Source: Octopus sinensis
Taxonomy: Eukaryota
Length of the DNA: 64,000 nt
NCBI RefSeq assembly: GCF_006345805.1
Contig: NC_042998.1
Location: 37,572,001 to 37,636,000, forward strand
Direction: 5' to 3'
In this document: one piece after another, positions 12,766-24,269 of the stretch
How positions within the stretch are numbered: position 1 is the stretch's first letter
How the letters are laid out: each line of letters opens with the position of its first letter
The notes under the pieces: generated by a model
The model's input: the letters and a program-made list of their open reading frames with translations, nothing else
Databases searched by the model: none
What the model was told of the DNA's origin: nothing
Made by a program: the position numbers and the translations under genes

Positions 12766-14075
12766 TATAGCAGCCTGAAATAAACCTAATCCTAGTACCT
12801 TATTAATTCACACTCAGCTTATATAAGGTAATACTGGTATCTCCACAACTTAAAAGAATTCAATTTAATTAACTTAGTATATAGTTAACATATTCTTTAA
12901 CCTCAGTGCTCCCTTATTAAATATTAGTTAATACTCTTCTTGATTACCTTAAATCTTAACTTTATACAATAAGACAATATTGTTTGAAAAGATCTTTAGA
13001 AATTACTTGATTTATCTCTTTCTTAAATGGCTCTACCCTCCTGATCTCAGTTTTTATAAGGGCCTTTATATAAATAACCCTTCTAAACAAGTTCCACTAA
13101 GGAATAATAAATATCATGTAGGGAGTAGCAATAATAACTTCTTAAACCTATCATACGACCCTTAGTTTAAAAAACAAATTGTGTAAAATATGATTGTTCC
13201 ATAACTTAAATATCCCTTTAGCTGATAACAGACATCAGTCTTTTATTGATACTAGCTAAATAAGTAAATATATAATTTTTAGTCTAATATATTTTGAATT
13301 ATTATACATTTTCTATAAATCATCTCTATTGGTATAAATAAGCTACATATACTTTATCATAGTTTTAGTAATTAACCTATTTTATTCCTTTTCCATGGTG
13401 TTCTGCCCTACTTGATTATTTTATTTCTTTATTATTTTATAATTATCCTGTATTTATTTATAAAATTAATCTAATGTTTGTACCTCTATAGATTCATAAT
13501 TAGCATATATAAAACTATACTGGTATATTCACTACTTAAAAGGAAACTGCTTGGATTAAAATTTTATTAATATATAGTTAGCATGTTCTTTTACCTCAAT
13601 ACTCCTTCATTAACACCAGTATATACCAATTAATCAATATTCACAGATACCATCTGATGAGTTAGTATTTAAGTACACAATATGTATAAATATTAAACTA
13701 TTTCTGGATAATTTATTTTCCTCTCTCTATTGTAGTAAAAGTTTGGTATATACTCAAATATATTCATAAATTTCTATCCTTTTGTTATATTCTTCTTAAT
13801 AACCCTCTGAATAACCCTAAACTTTAACTTTATACAACACGGCAGTATTGCTTAAAATATTTAACTATAGTACTTCACGTTAAGACTTCTCCTATTTCAT
13901 TATCAATGTCAGCTAATATCTTGTTTTAAGTTTCCCATTACCACACCTGCATGATATTGCTTCTAATAAATCTTGATTTTGTGACTATAGCAACTATAAT
14001 TTCTGTCTGCACCCTCAGAAACATTTTGTTATTTAAAGCTAAAAATACATCTAGGAAATTGACGAATAGCATTTT

Positions 14076-14144
14076 GTCTTAATAACTGATGAGATGCCGG
14101 AGCGGACTTCATCTCCGGTATCTGAAACTGAATTTTATTATGAC
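14076..14144 (+). ncRNA. Type I hammerhead-ribozyme-like motif (degenerate)
   Basis: Stem I GTCTTAATAA/TTATTATGAC (9 of 10 pairs), core CTGATGA, 10-bp stem II GATGCCGGAG/CTCCGGTATC, then T-GAAAC; one extra nucleotide and a weak stem III. Confidence 0.6.
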
Positions 14145-14809
14145 AACTAACTAATTGTCACATATTTATAAATTCCTCTATTTTACGTAATATCGAGGTT
14201 TCATTCATTTTTTTTTGTTATAATATTATCATTTATATATATATATATAAATTGTGTTTGTGTTTGTGCACAGCCAGTTTTTTATAGTGTTCTGTGTATG
14301 TACCCAGCGTATGCATTCTGTCTGTGTGTCCTATCACGTCACGTCTATAAACCGTCTCGAAATATACCCCACTTCATTTGCTCTTCTATCGTGATCTCGC
14401 CATGTAGAGTGTCCCTGTTATCTGACAACTTCTCCTACATGTTTTCTAGCACATTTTCCCCTATCAAGTATTCTCAGCTTGTGTCCAGTTCCTGTCTCAT
14501 CTGTCTGTCTCCTGTACATGTGTATGCCATGTTTATATGTATTTTCTTTATGCACTGGTCATAACAATGAGGAATATGAAGTGTTTCCTTCATGATATGT
14601 CGATACAAAAATCTGAGGATAGCACAATCAGATTATGGGATATCATCCTTTACAGAATTTGGTGATATCCATTCTGAGTAAGGTTCTAAATTCAAATTCC
14701 AATCAGGTTCTCTTCATCTGCCCTTAAAATCATCTTCCTATTCTTATTCACAAATATCAAGGCTAATGTACTTATATAATAATGTTTTACATTTTGATAA
14801 GACCATTAT

Positions 14810-14965
14810 ATTGACCCCAGTGCTCAGCCACTACCTATTTTATCGACCCCGAAAGATGATTCACAAATCGATCTTCGTGGAATTTGATCGCAGGACGCAA
14901 AGACGGAGGAAATGCCACTACGCAATTTACTTGGCGTGCTAACGACTCGGCCAGCTTGCCGCCTT
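14810..14965 (-). mobile_element. Diverged family A SINE
   Basis: ATCGACCCCGAAAG...GGAATTTGA...GGCGTGCTAACG...GCCAGCTTGCCGCC matches the 3773-4375 copy. Confidence 0.8.
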
Positions 14966-15481
14966 AATTCACTGATATAATAATAATGGCGAAGATAAGA
15001 GAATGCTTATTATAATTAAATATATCAGAAAGGACGTAGAAATGTATATCAACAGAATAAAGAGATAGTGAGGATGGAGGTGAGTCTATTTTGAATTATG
15101 TGTGTCTTTTTTTACGCATTATAATCGTGACTTTCACATAAATGAAGTAATTATACGGATCTACAATCAAAAGTAAAAAAACAAATTACAACTGTGAAAA
15201 TAGGGCAACAATAACGTATTGATAACATCTATACTGTGAGAAAATAGCAATAGCAGCATGGCTGTTTATGATATTTAACATGTAGCAATGTGATAAGAGG
15301 TCGTATGTATTCAACTTAGAAGCAAACATATTATATGAAATATTTTAATATTCAGTCGCTATTATATTCTTTAAGGAATGATATAAGACAGGAATTTCAT
15401 TTCAACTTTTCTTTTTCATATTTCATTGCCTTTACTTACAAAGAATTTAACATTTGGGTTCACATATAAGTTTATTTGTCG

Positions 15482-15530
<49 letters not shown>

Positions 15531-15961
15531 ATTGACAATTTCGCATTAATGGGAATTGCCTTATTTTCGCAAATCAAAATGTGTGATTAATAACATATTT
15601 AATAAATAATTAGGAAATTCAAATAGAAGTGAAATTTAAAGAAAATTGCATTCAGAATTCAAATATTTAAAGACATTCGAAGCTGCTTTCAATGGACTTC
15701 TTATAAACAATAAATTTTAATTACTTTCCTCGTCCAACCGTTTCGGTTTATTAAAACATTTGAGATTAAATAGTCGGAAGTTTCAACCATAAAATGAAAC
15801 TGTAATGGATCAAAATTTATCATCCAAAGGAGAAGACGCAGAATAACGGTAGGTTCATTCACATATGCACACACGCAACACGCGTATACATGGAACTGAT
15901 CATGCACTCTCATTCACACACAAAAGCACACATACACAAAAGCGCGCACGCATATATATAT

Positions 15962-16004
<43 letters not shown>

Positions 16005-16067
16005 TATTCACAAACACGCATATACACACATATATACACACATACACACACAAATATATATACACAA

Positions 16068-16098
<31 letters not shown>

Positions 16099-18273
16099 CA
16101 GGGGTTAGCGCACGAAAAAGTAGCCTGGATTCCCTACCACATTTTAAATACAGCAATGTTTACACACACGAGAATGCACCCAGCCCATCGCTTGCAATTG
16201 CTATTGTGTTATTGCAATCGCTTGTAACTGATGAACAAAGATGGCGCACTAGTCAATTGCTTACTACGTTATCCTCACCACATCTTCACCATATTAGGTG
16301 ATTGTAAGATTCTTTTGAATAAATAACTCTAGCCTTTTCTGCAAAATGGCGCTCTCAATAGCGGTGTGGGTGGAGAGCGTGGAAGGGCATTTTAGAACCG
16401 GTTCTGTTCATCAACCTCCTGATCTTTTGAAGTCAAGTTTCTGGGTAAAGCTTATCAGCAAAAGGGGCTATACAAAAGTCAGTAAAGAAATGGCGTCCTT
16501 CGGGGTCAATGCATAACGCCCCAAAACCAAGAGACCATAACAGTTCGAAGGCCGGGAGTTAATAATACATAATTCTTGGGTTTGCACTTGTGAGTGTGTG
16601 TGCGTGCATGTGTTTGTGCCTATGTAGAGCTCTGTGTTTTTATGTGTGTGTATGTGTATCTTGAGAATACACATATTAACTTATAAGGAAATGATATACA
16701 CGTTTGACGTTATCGAACATAGTGTTAATATCGTTTAGAAGAGGAAGTTTAAAACGAACAGCGAACCCGAGCCTCGGGATTTCATCTCTGAATATTAAAG
16801 TGTTTTGCTGAGATATAAATTCAGATTTGTTTTCCATTTCATACTAGAATGATCTGGTTCTTTCAAATTTGCAGCATACCTTTGAAAGTTATGGGTCTGC
16901 AAAGAGCACGGCATTGTTGCTATTGTTTTTAGCACGTGGTCAACTTGATAAAAGCGTTTGACCCTTCAACAACCCATATTTTATTCCCACCTGTATAATT
17001 GCACTTCTTTATCTGCAATATAATTGTTCATGGTTTTACGATAGTCCAGTGCATTGTTCAAAATTCTTGATTGAGGCTCTTAATTTGAATTGGACATCAC
17101 TTTTAGTTCTTCTTCAACTCGGACGAAAATTTGACTATTATCAAATGCTGGTTTATGGAAATATACCCGTAAAAAACTGGACTCCATACGATCCACTATG
17201 CCTGTTTTTCTTCAGCATAAGGATGCCTGATTTTGTACATTAACACATTACCTTATTCAAAAACTTATCTAATAGTATGCTGGTTGCGAGCCGAAATAAT
17301 AGTCTCGCAACAAACAAAGGAGAGGCTATGTTGTTTTATTCATAGTCACAAATCTTCTCCAATACCTACGCAACTACATTATGAAAGTGAAAGGACTCGT
17401 TGCATAAGGTTATACTAGAACTTCTATGAAAGATGTGAAAGAAAATCCCCCATTTAGAACGAAGGTAATCACATCACAACTCAAGTACGGGCTGTGTGAA
17501 ACCGAAGAATTAAAACAACATTAACATCACAGGGAAATTCTCCGAAACTCTATATGAATTACTCGCCCTGGATAGTTTAAGATTATTAACAATCACAGAC
17601 AGGAGGTGACACAATAAGTTGACATTAAATTGCTCATGGTTAGTGGAGTGGATTCTATCAAATTTAGAAATCTATACAACAGCTGGAACTATATAATCAA
17701 ACTCTGGAGAGGTTAAAACGTCAATAGACTTCCAGGTTTATTGTGGACGCCGTGACATTTAAAAGACATTACTAATACCAAATGAGAAAGTATAGATACC
17801 ACATTTTCCTATTTCTACGTTACCTCAATAGATAAGTCCAACAAATCTACAAAGATTTTGCCGTAATTCCATCAGAAACATAACAGTTACTCAGTTCACC
17901 AAAAATAGCGCTATAGCTTTCAGACTACAGAATCTGAAATTTCTACGAATTCGTATTGTCTTGTTTCTGTTTCATGTGTGTTTACTTGATGCTCTATTTC
18001 CGCATAGAATTAAGAGGATAATCCCCTAATTCTGCTTCAGTTGTTTCTATGTTGACAATGACTCTAAATGGATTAAGTTTCTGAATCAAAAGCAAAACAA
18101 AGTCAGAAGAGAATTTGAACGAATAACCTTTTGATTTAAGATTAACTGGTCACTTGGGAAACAAAAGATGCTACCCAAAACAAAGATCCAGCAAATACGT
18201 GTTGGCGCGCGCGCGCGTGTGTGTACTTGTGTGTATAATTTAATGATATATATATACATATAATGTATGTATG

Positions 18274-18311
<38 letters not shown>

Positions 18312-20107
18312 CAATACACACACACACATACATATGTGTGTGTATATAAATATATATAGAGAGAGACTTATTTGCTTACCATGATTATATTTCTAGTGTA
18401 TTTTCCTTTGATATTACTATTACAAAAGTAGGTCGGTTAATAAGACTAAATGTATTTCCAGGCGCTGCCCCAGCATGGCCGCAGTCAAATGACAAACCAT
18501 ACCAAAAGATAAAAAAACTGCATTCCTTCCTATGTTTGACATATACATGCATATGCACACACTCATATGAATATATAAATATATATGGATGTATGTACAT
18601 ACATATACACGCATGTATACTCACAACATCCATACACTCAAGTACAGACACGTGTGTATACCCAGTCAATTATAATATAACTGTTATATACACCCATACA
18701 TGGGTACATACATTTGCCAATTTCAACAATTGGTCCTCCATGCATGTATTAATACAGATAAAAACAATATTAATACCACGTAGATAAGTGCTGACTGCAA
18801 AACAAAGATCAAGCAAATACATAACCAAAAGAGGGTGTAAAGTTAGTATTAAAGTGTTAAATAATCATTTCGTTGTGCGGGGTCTGGGGGTTGGATAGTG
18901 AAATGAGTAGATCCAATAGGGAGTTTCCATGAAATAGAAGTAGACCAATGCGGGCTTAAAGTGGTCTAGAATAAACTAAAGTGAAACAAACCAACAATGA
19001 GTATGGAATGGGAAAGTAAGCTACAAAATACAGAGAAATTCATTCATTATTATGGTGGAGGAACAAGGGGGTGACATGGTAGGGGAATGGATACTTGTGC
19101 ACTCAATAGTCTAAATTTATGTTAAAAGTTAAGAGAACTGGCATTATATGTTTATAAGAGGGCGTAAAGGCTCATATATGAATGTGAGTGTGTATGTATA
19201 AGTATGCATATGTATAAAGGATGTGTTTATGTCGATGGAATATTCTGTGCATTAGTGAAAAAGTATTGCGGTATTTTGAGTATTTTGTTCCATTCCAGCC
19301 AGAAACAGTTTCGGCTAAGTCCGACTTACAGTTCTTATAAAAACAAATCTTCATTGTGGCAATGTAATCGACTACAAATCATTGATTATTTTGCTTCAGA
19401 GAACATAGAAGTCCGTTGTATCCCGAAATCGATAGAAAAGAAATTAAAGTGCGTGTTGAAAAGTAAATTGTAAAACATGAAGAGGAGAACGATAATTCGG
19501 CTAAAATAGAGAGTTACAAAAAGAAATACCAAATTCCTCTGTATGAAATATCTACACTGTTTGTCCGGACATTGTATTTCCGTCAGTGAAATATACACCA
19601 GGGAGAAGTGAAGGTTTGTTAAAGCCTATTAAGCTGTGTGAAGATATTTATATGCCTCTCAAATGCTCAACATAACTGGCATACGTATACATATATTTGT
19701 GTGTGTGTGTGTGTGTGTATGTGCGAATATGTGAATGGCAGCACAACGTAAACAATATCAGTGACACAGCTGAATGCTTGTGGTAAACCAAATTATTTCT
19801 ATGAAACGAAAATTTAATTTCCTGCTTGCTTTATTTCTTTTCCTTATACACACCATTAGATTACAATTAGAAGGCCATATATGTAATTTGGACTTTGACC
19901 AGAATATAACTATGCAATAATAATAATGATAATAATATCCACAAATCTATTTATGATATTGAATAACGATGTTAAATTAGGAAGTAAGCAAACAGGCTAA
20001 ACGAAGACCATCGGAATCACACAAAAAGCAACAAGAATCTAAGACTATCGAAAACAAGGCATGTTGTCAAGACGTTTTGAGATGATCTTTAATGTCTGTA
20101 GTTACAC

Positions 20108-20325
20108 AAGCGGTGAGCTGGCAGAATTGTTAGCAGGCCGAACAAAATGCATACCGATATGTCGTACGTCTTTGTTATGAGTTCAAATTCCGCCGAAATC
20201 GACTTTGCCTTTCATCATTCCCGGACCGAGAAAATAAATACCAGCTGAGGACTGGGGTCGATGTAATCGGTTTATCCCTCACTCGCCCCCAAAAAGTACA
20301 GGCCTTGTGCCAAAATTTGAAACCT
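20108..20325 (+). mobile_element. Diverged family A SINE
   Basis: GGTGAGCTGGCAGAATTGTTAGC head, GAGTTCAAATTCCGCC B box, CTGGGGTCGATGTAATCG body. Confidence 0.8.
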
Positions 20326-20960
20326 ATACCTATGACTCCAGTTTTCACTAAATTAAATAATGTTTCTTCAATCTCCGTTTGTACATAAAATTGTTGTTCA
20401 TACATTGAATATTTCTGTTTGAGTGAATAGTTTATATTTTCATTCCATGCGGATTCAAATCATTGATTACGTCTGTTAGTAAAATTAGCTTAATCTCATT
20501 TACATTCTTCATTGCTACATCAGCAAAATAAAGAAGCATTTGAGAATGAAATCTCAGACTCTAAAATATAAACTGGAGAGTCACGACTGGAAAGAATTCT
20601 TGTTTCTGGGTCTGCTCAAACAAATCTCATCTGATATAAAACAATTATTTTATCACCAATTGTCAACACGTGAAAATGGTTTCTTTTTTTTTTTTTTGTT
20701 TTTTATAAAACCGAACCAAACTTTGGAAATATGGCGGCTTGAAATATTTTGCAAATTGAGAATAAAGTAACAGTTCAATATCACAATCTCGTATTAGTCA
20801 CAGATAATCACATTAAAGACTGTGTGCTTGTGTAAGAATGAATATATGCCTGTATTATAAGTGGGTGTGTGTGTGTTTGTATATGAGCATCTGTGACTGA
20901 AATTATTTGGGGTCACACAATTTAGAACAGTGGATATATATATACACACACACATATATA

Positions 20961-21120
20961 TGAGGGATGACCACTAAGTGGATATCCAATATGCTAGATG
21001 TAGACCCGATATGGCCTGACCACTAAGAATTTTATTGGGAACAATCTTTTCTTGGTGCTCCGACCATATGGGGGTCTACATCTAGCATATTGGATGTCCA
21101 CTTAGTGGTCATCCCTCTCA
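20961..21120. mobile_element. Fold-back MITE with ~55-bp terminal inverted repeats
   Basis: Left arm GAGGGATGACCACTAAGTGGATATCCAATATGCTAGATGTAGACCC is the near-exact reverse complement of the right arm; TA-rich flanks. Confidence 0.8.
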
Positions 21121-21431
21121 TATATATGCAATATAATTTTTCTGAATCTTCAAATTTTTTTCAATATGTTAGGCCACTGGTTTAAATTGATTATTAATCA
21201 AATTAATATTCAATTTTTTACCCTTATAACTTAAATTTAAATAATCATGTTCTCTAACCGGCAGAATTCACTGCAGAAAATAATTTTCTGCAGAATCATC
21301 TCCAGTTTTTGGCGCGCCAAAGCGAAGACATTTGAAATATACCCGCAAATATAATTGGCAAAACTATATGCATGTTCTATCTCGTGTGGACGTTTCGTGT
21401 ATAGTTTTTCAAATTATATTTTGCTATGACG

Positions 21432-21503
21432 GTCACACTGATGAGTTGCAGACAATTACGTATGTAATTCCGTAAGTGGTAACAATGAAAACTGGTTTGC
21501 GAC
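21432..21503 (+). ncRNA. Degenerate hammerhead-like motif, probable Penelope-like terminal repeat
   Basis: GTCACA-CTGATGA-GTTGC...GTAAC-AAT-GAAAACTGGTT-TGCGAC; several non-canonical insertions. Confidence 0.35.
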
Positions 21504-23054
21504 TAATCATTGTATTTTGTATCTTTTCTCTTGTCTTGCTCGCTTACGTTTGCTGAATTTTCTTTTCTTGAGAACGATCCTTATTGTTTATATATATATA
21601 TATATATATATATAGTTGAAATTTACTGAAATGCAAAATACGAAGACAGGTGTATAAACAACAGGCAGGTGTATTATTTTGACGCTCGGAAAGGTGAGAA
21701 AGTATTTCCTTCAAATCAAAGAAGGTGAGAAAGTCTTTTACGTTTCGAGCCTTCTCACTTGAACAGGAAGGAGCACAATATCTATGTATATGTATTATAA
21801 ACACATACAGATATGCACACATAAATATGAATCAAAAGGGTTCGATTTAAATCCGTTTGAATCCAACTGTTCTGATACATACATGTAACTTCCAATCAAT
21901 TTGTAGAGTAACCCTTCTTTCCTTTGTCCACTGACTCAATAAACTTAAAACATGGTCTGGTTTTCACGTTTCTTATTATGGTGTTTTAACATTAAAAATA
22001 TTATTTCATAATGCTCATAAAGTCAAATTAGCGTTTTCATAAATGTTGTACTCATCAGATTTCAAATGTATTTGACTTTAGTACCTCTTAGAACGCTCCA
22101 GAAAGCTGAATTTTTAGAAAATCTTTTTGACCAATCCGCAAGCTTTTAAACATCACGTTTGCCATGCGTACCGATATTCCGTAAATTGGTTATATTTATT
22201 AATCCACATCATGGTTGTTATATTATTGCTGTTATTTCAGTTCAGAACAGGTTTGAACATTTTAATAAACCGTTTTTCTTTAATCTTTCTTCCAACTTCA
22301 CTTGTGACATGCAGTGTGTATATACATGCTAATCCAAGGTTGGATCCGGCTCGTTAATAAACTGTGAATTAACTGGTTATGCAAATAATTGGAAGAAGAG
22401 CAAAATGAGGGATAGCATTTGTGTTGGATATCGAGTAGCTGGCATTTATGCTGTGTAAGCAGGAGGGCAGTTGGATTTGAAGGAAACATATTCTGAGATT
22501 TGCAAACTCATCGAATTAGGGCGGCTTTTTGGACAAGACGAGAAAGAGAGACAGACAGACAGACAGACAAATAGAGAAAGTGAGAAAGAGATAGGGTGAG
22601 TAGAGGAAGGGGAGAGAAAGAGAGGGTTAAATTTAGTGGTATATGTGTTATATGTCTGTAATATAGTTGAAACCTATCAATGATCCAGTCTTCTTCCAAA
22701 GGAATCAACCATTGGAAGAATTCTGTAAATTTTTTATAGAGAAACTGAAGAAATTAATTGAAAACATTTTCACTTCAATTTTCTGAAAACTAATGCACTT
22801 TTTCTATATAACATGTTAGGCGCAGGCGTGGCCGAGTGGTAAGAAGTTTGCTTCCGGTACAGCGTGTGTCAGTTGATTTGTTGGTTTCTTTTATGCTGTC
22901 TTAGCGGTGTGATGCTTTCCTTCTGGTTTAATGGAGGGGTGTCGGCGAGGAATAGTGATGGCTAGAATTATTCAGACTTTGTGAACTATCCTTCTTCAGA
23001 CTTTCTGTCTTCTGTGGAAGAATTGGTGAAATATTTAGATAGAATCGACGCAAA

Positions 23055-23760
23055 ATGAAGACGAAGAATTACAGAGAGATGACGAAAGAAAGTAAAAGCG
23101 GAGATGTGTGTCTGGAGGAATTGAGTGAATTTAAAGAAATGCTTAAAAGAGAGGGGAACGAAGTGAAAATGTTCCCTCCCAAAGAGGTTTTAAAGGCAAA
23201 ACAAGAAAAAACAATTATTTACAGGACGTACTCAGTAGCAGTCAGGAAAATAGAAATCATGTCGACAGCTCAAGTTGAAAATGCACTTAGAGCAATCTGG
23301 CAAGGGATTTCCTACCTTGCTAGAGGAAAATAGTTTGGAACAGTGGAGGTGCAGCTGCGGGAGGTAGCTACTGCCCGGCTGCACTCAGCAACACCGTTAA
23401 AAACAGACGAAGTGGTACTTCTATCCGTATGCCTTGGGAGACGTGCTTCCAGGGTTAGGGTAGAAGCCATCCCCCAGAAGTGGATGTAGCCTGGCTAGTA
23501 GCTGCCAAGCTTCTATTCATGGAGGAGAAGGTGGTGGTCCTGCAGGTCACCAGAATTTTCCACAGGAGTTGGCAAGGACAAGACCTCGATATGGTGGTAA
23601 GAGTTGTAGAGGAAGATATTGAAAATATGGTAGACAATCCCAGTCGGAGAGTTAACACCCAGAGTTAGCGTGGAAGGATCTCGCGGTGCTATAGATGTGG
23701 CCTGAAAGGCCACATTAGAGCGGACTGTTCTTCACCGCCCGTGAAGGATAAAGAGACACA
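23055..23760 (+). mobile_element. Tx1/L1-clade LINE ORF1 relic (gag-like with zinc knuckle)
   Basis: Frameshifted ORFs lead into CYRCGLKGHIRADC (CX2CX4HX4C, 23687-23728), ~550 bp upstream of an L1/Tx1-type RT. Confidence 0.8.
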
Positions 23761-24269
23761 CGAGAGTGAGAAGGAAATTGCAACTTCACCACTGAAGAAC
23801 TGCATAATGAGAGAGACGCGTGGGGCGCAGAGATAAAAGTGGATATAACAGGAATAAGGAGGGTGCCGGAGTACATTCACTGTGCGGTGGTGGATCCGGC
23901 ATATCTGGCAAGATTAAAGCATTATGAAGAAAACTTTGAATGGTATGTCAAGAAATAAACACCAGTACCATACCAGAACGGGTAAGCTATTTTGAAATTT
24001 TAAAGAAATATAACATAGACATTTTGTGTAAAAGTGGAAATCAGCTGTTGCAAACGGTAATGCAAATGGTTTTGTAATCTATTATCTGAAACTGTATTGA
24101 ATTAGCTGTTGCAAATGGTGATACAAATGGTGTTGTAACAGGTTCAATGAAGTCGCTCGGAGATCGGGCCGAACGGCTTCAGTTCATATTTCATTATTTT
24201 AATTCATTCTTTCCGTTCGTTTTGGTTGTTTTTTATCCCCACCTTATGCTGTCCCCTCTTACAAGCACT

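Larger units (their letters stand above)
11100..14075 (+). pseudogene. Decayed, internally triplicated coding-like relic of unknown family (units ~11612-12340, 12341-12995, 12996-13860), interrupted by a Helitron and a (TAT)n tract
   Basis: Three alignable units share motifs (reading TAR as Q): QVN, GI(F/S)TTQ, QLYT..YCLK; units 2 and 3 also share QVPLRN. Third-position differences are mostly synonymous. It has multiple frameshifts and is CpG-poor. Strand is uncertain. Confidence 0.55.

Noticed and set aside
13140-13260. GPCR TM3-like CYQLKGYLSYG...GSYDRF in a minus frame of the relic
   Set aside because: Cys-to-DR spacing is off, the motif is not conserved in the other two units, and the frame does not match the inferred wobble positions.
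11843-13560. Cadherin or FN3 repeats as the identity of the triplicated relic
   Set aside because: TGIFTT only loosely resembles cadherin TGxIxT; no LDRE, DxNDN or FN3 W/Y pattern was found.
11612-14075. Mitochondrial insertion (NUMT)
   Set aside because: Reading TGA as Trp does not remove the abundant TAA/TAG, and no mitochondrial protein motif is recognisable.
14330-14520. GIY-YIG-like CARKHVGEVVR...RDH on the minus strand
   Set aside because: Too short and degenerate to support a call.
17700-17770. piggyBac-like FQVYCG motif
   Set aside because: A single short motif with no supporting DDD-domain context.
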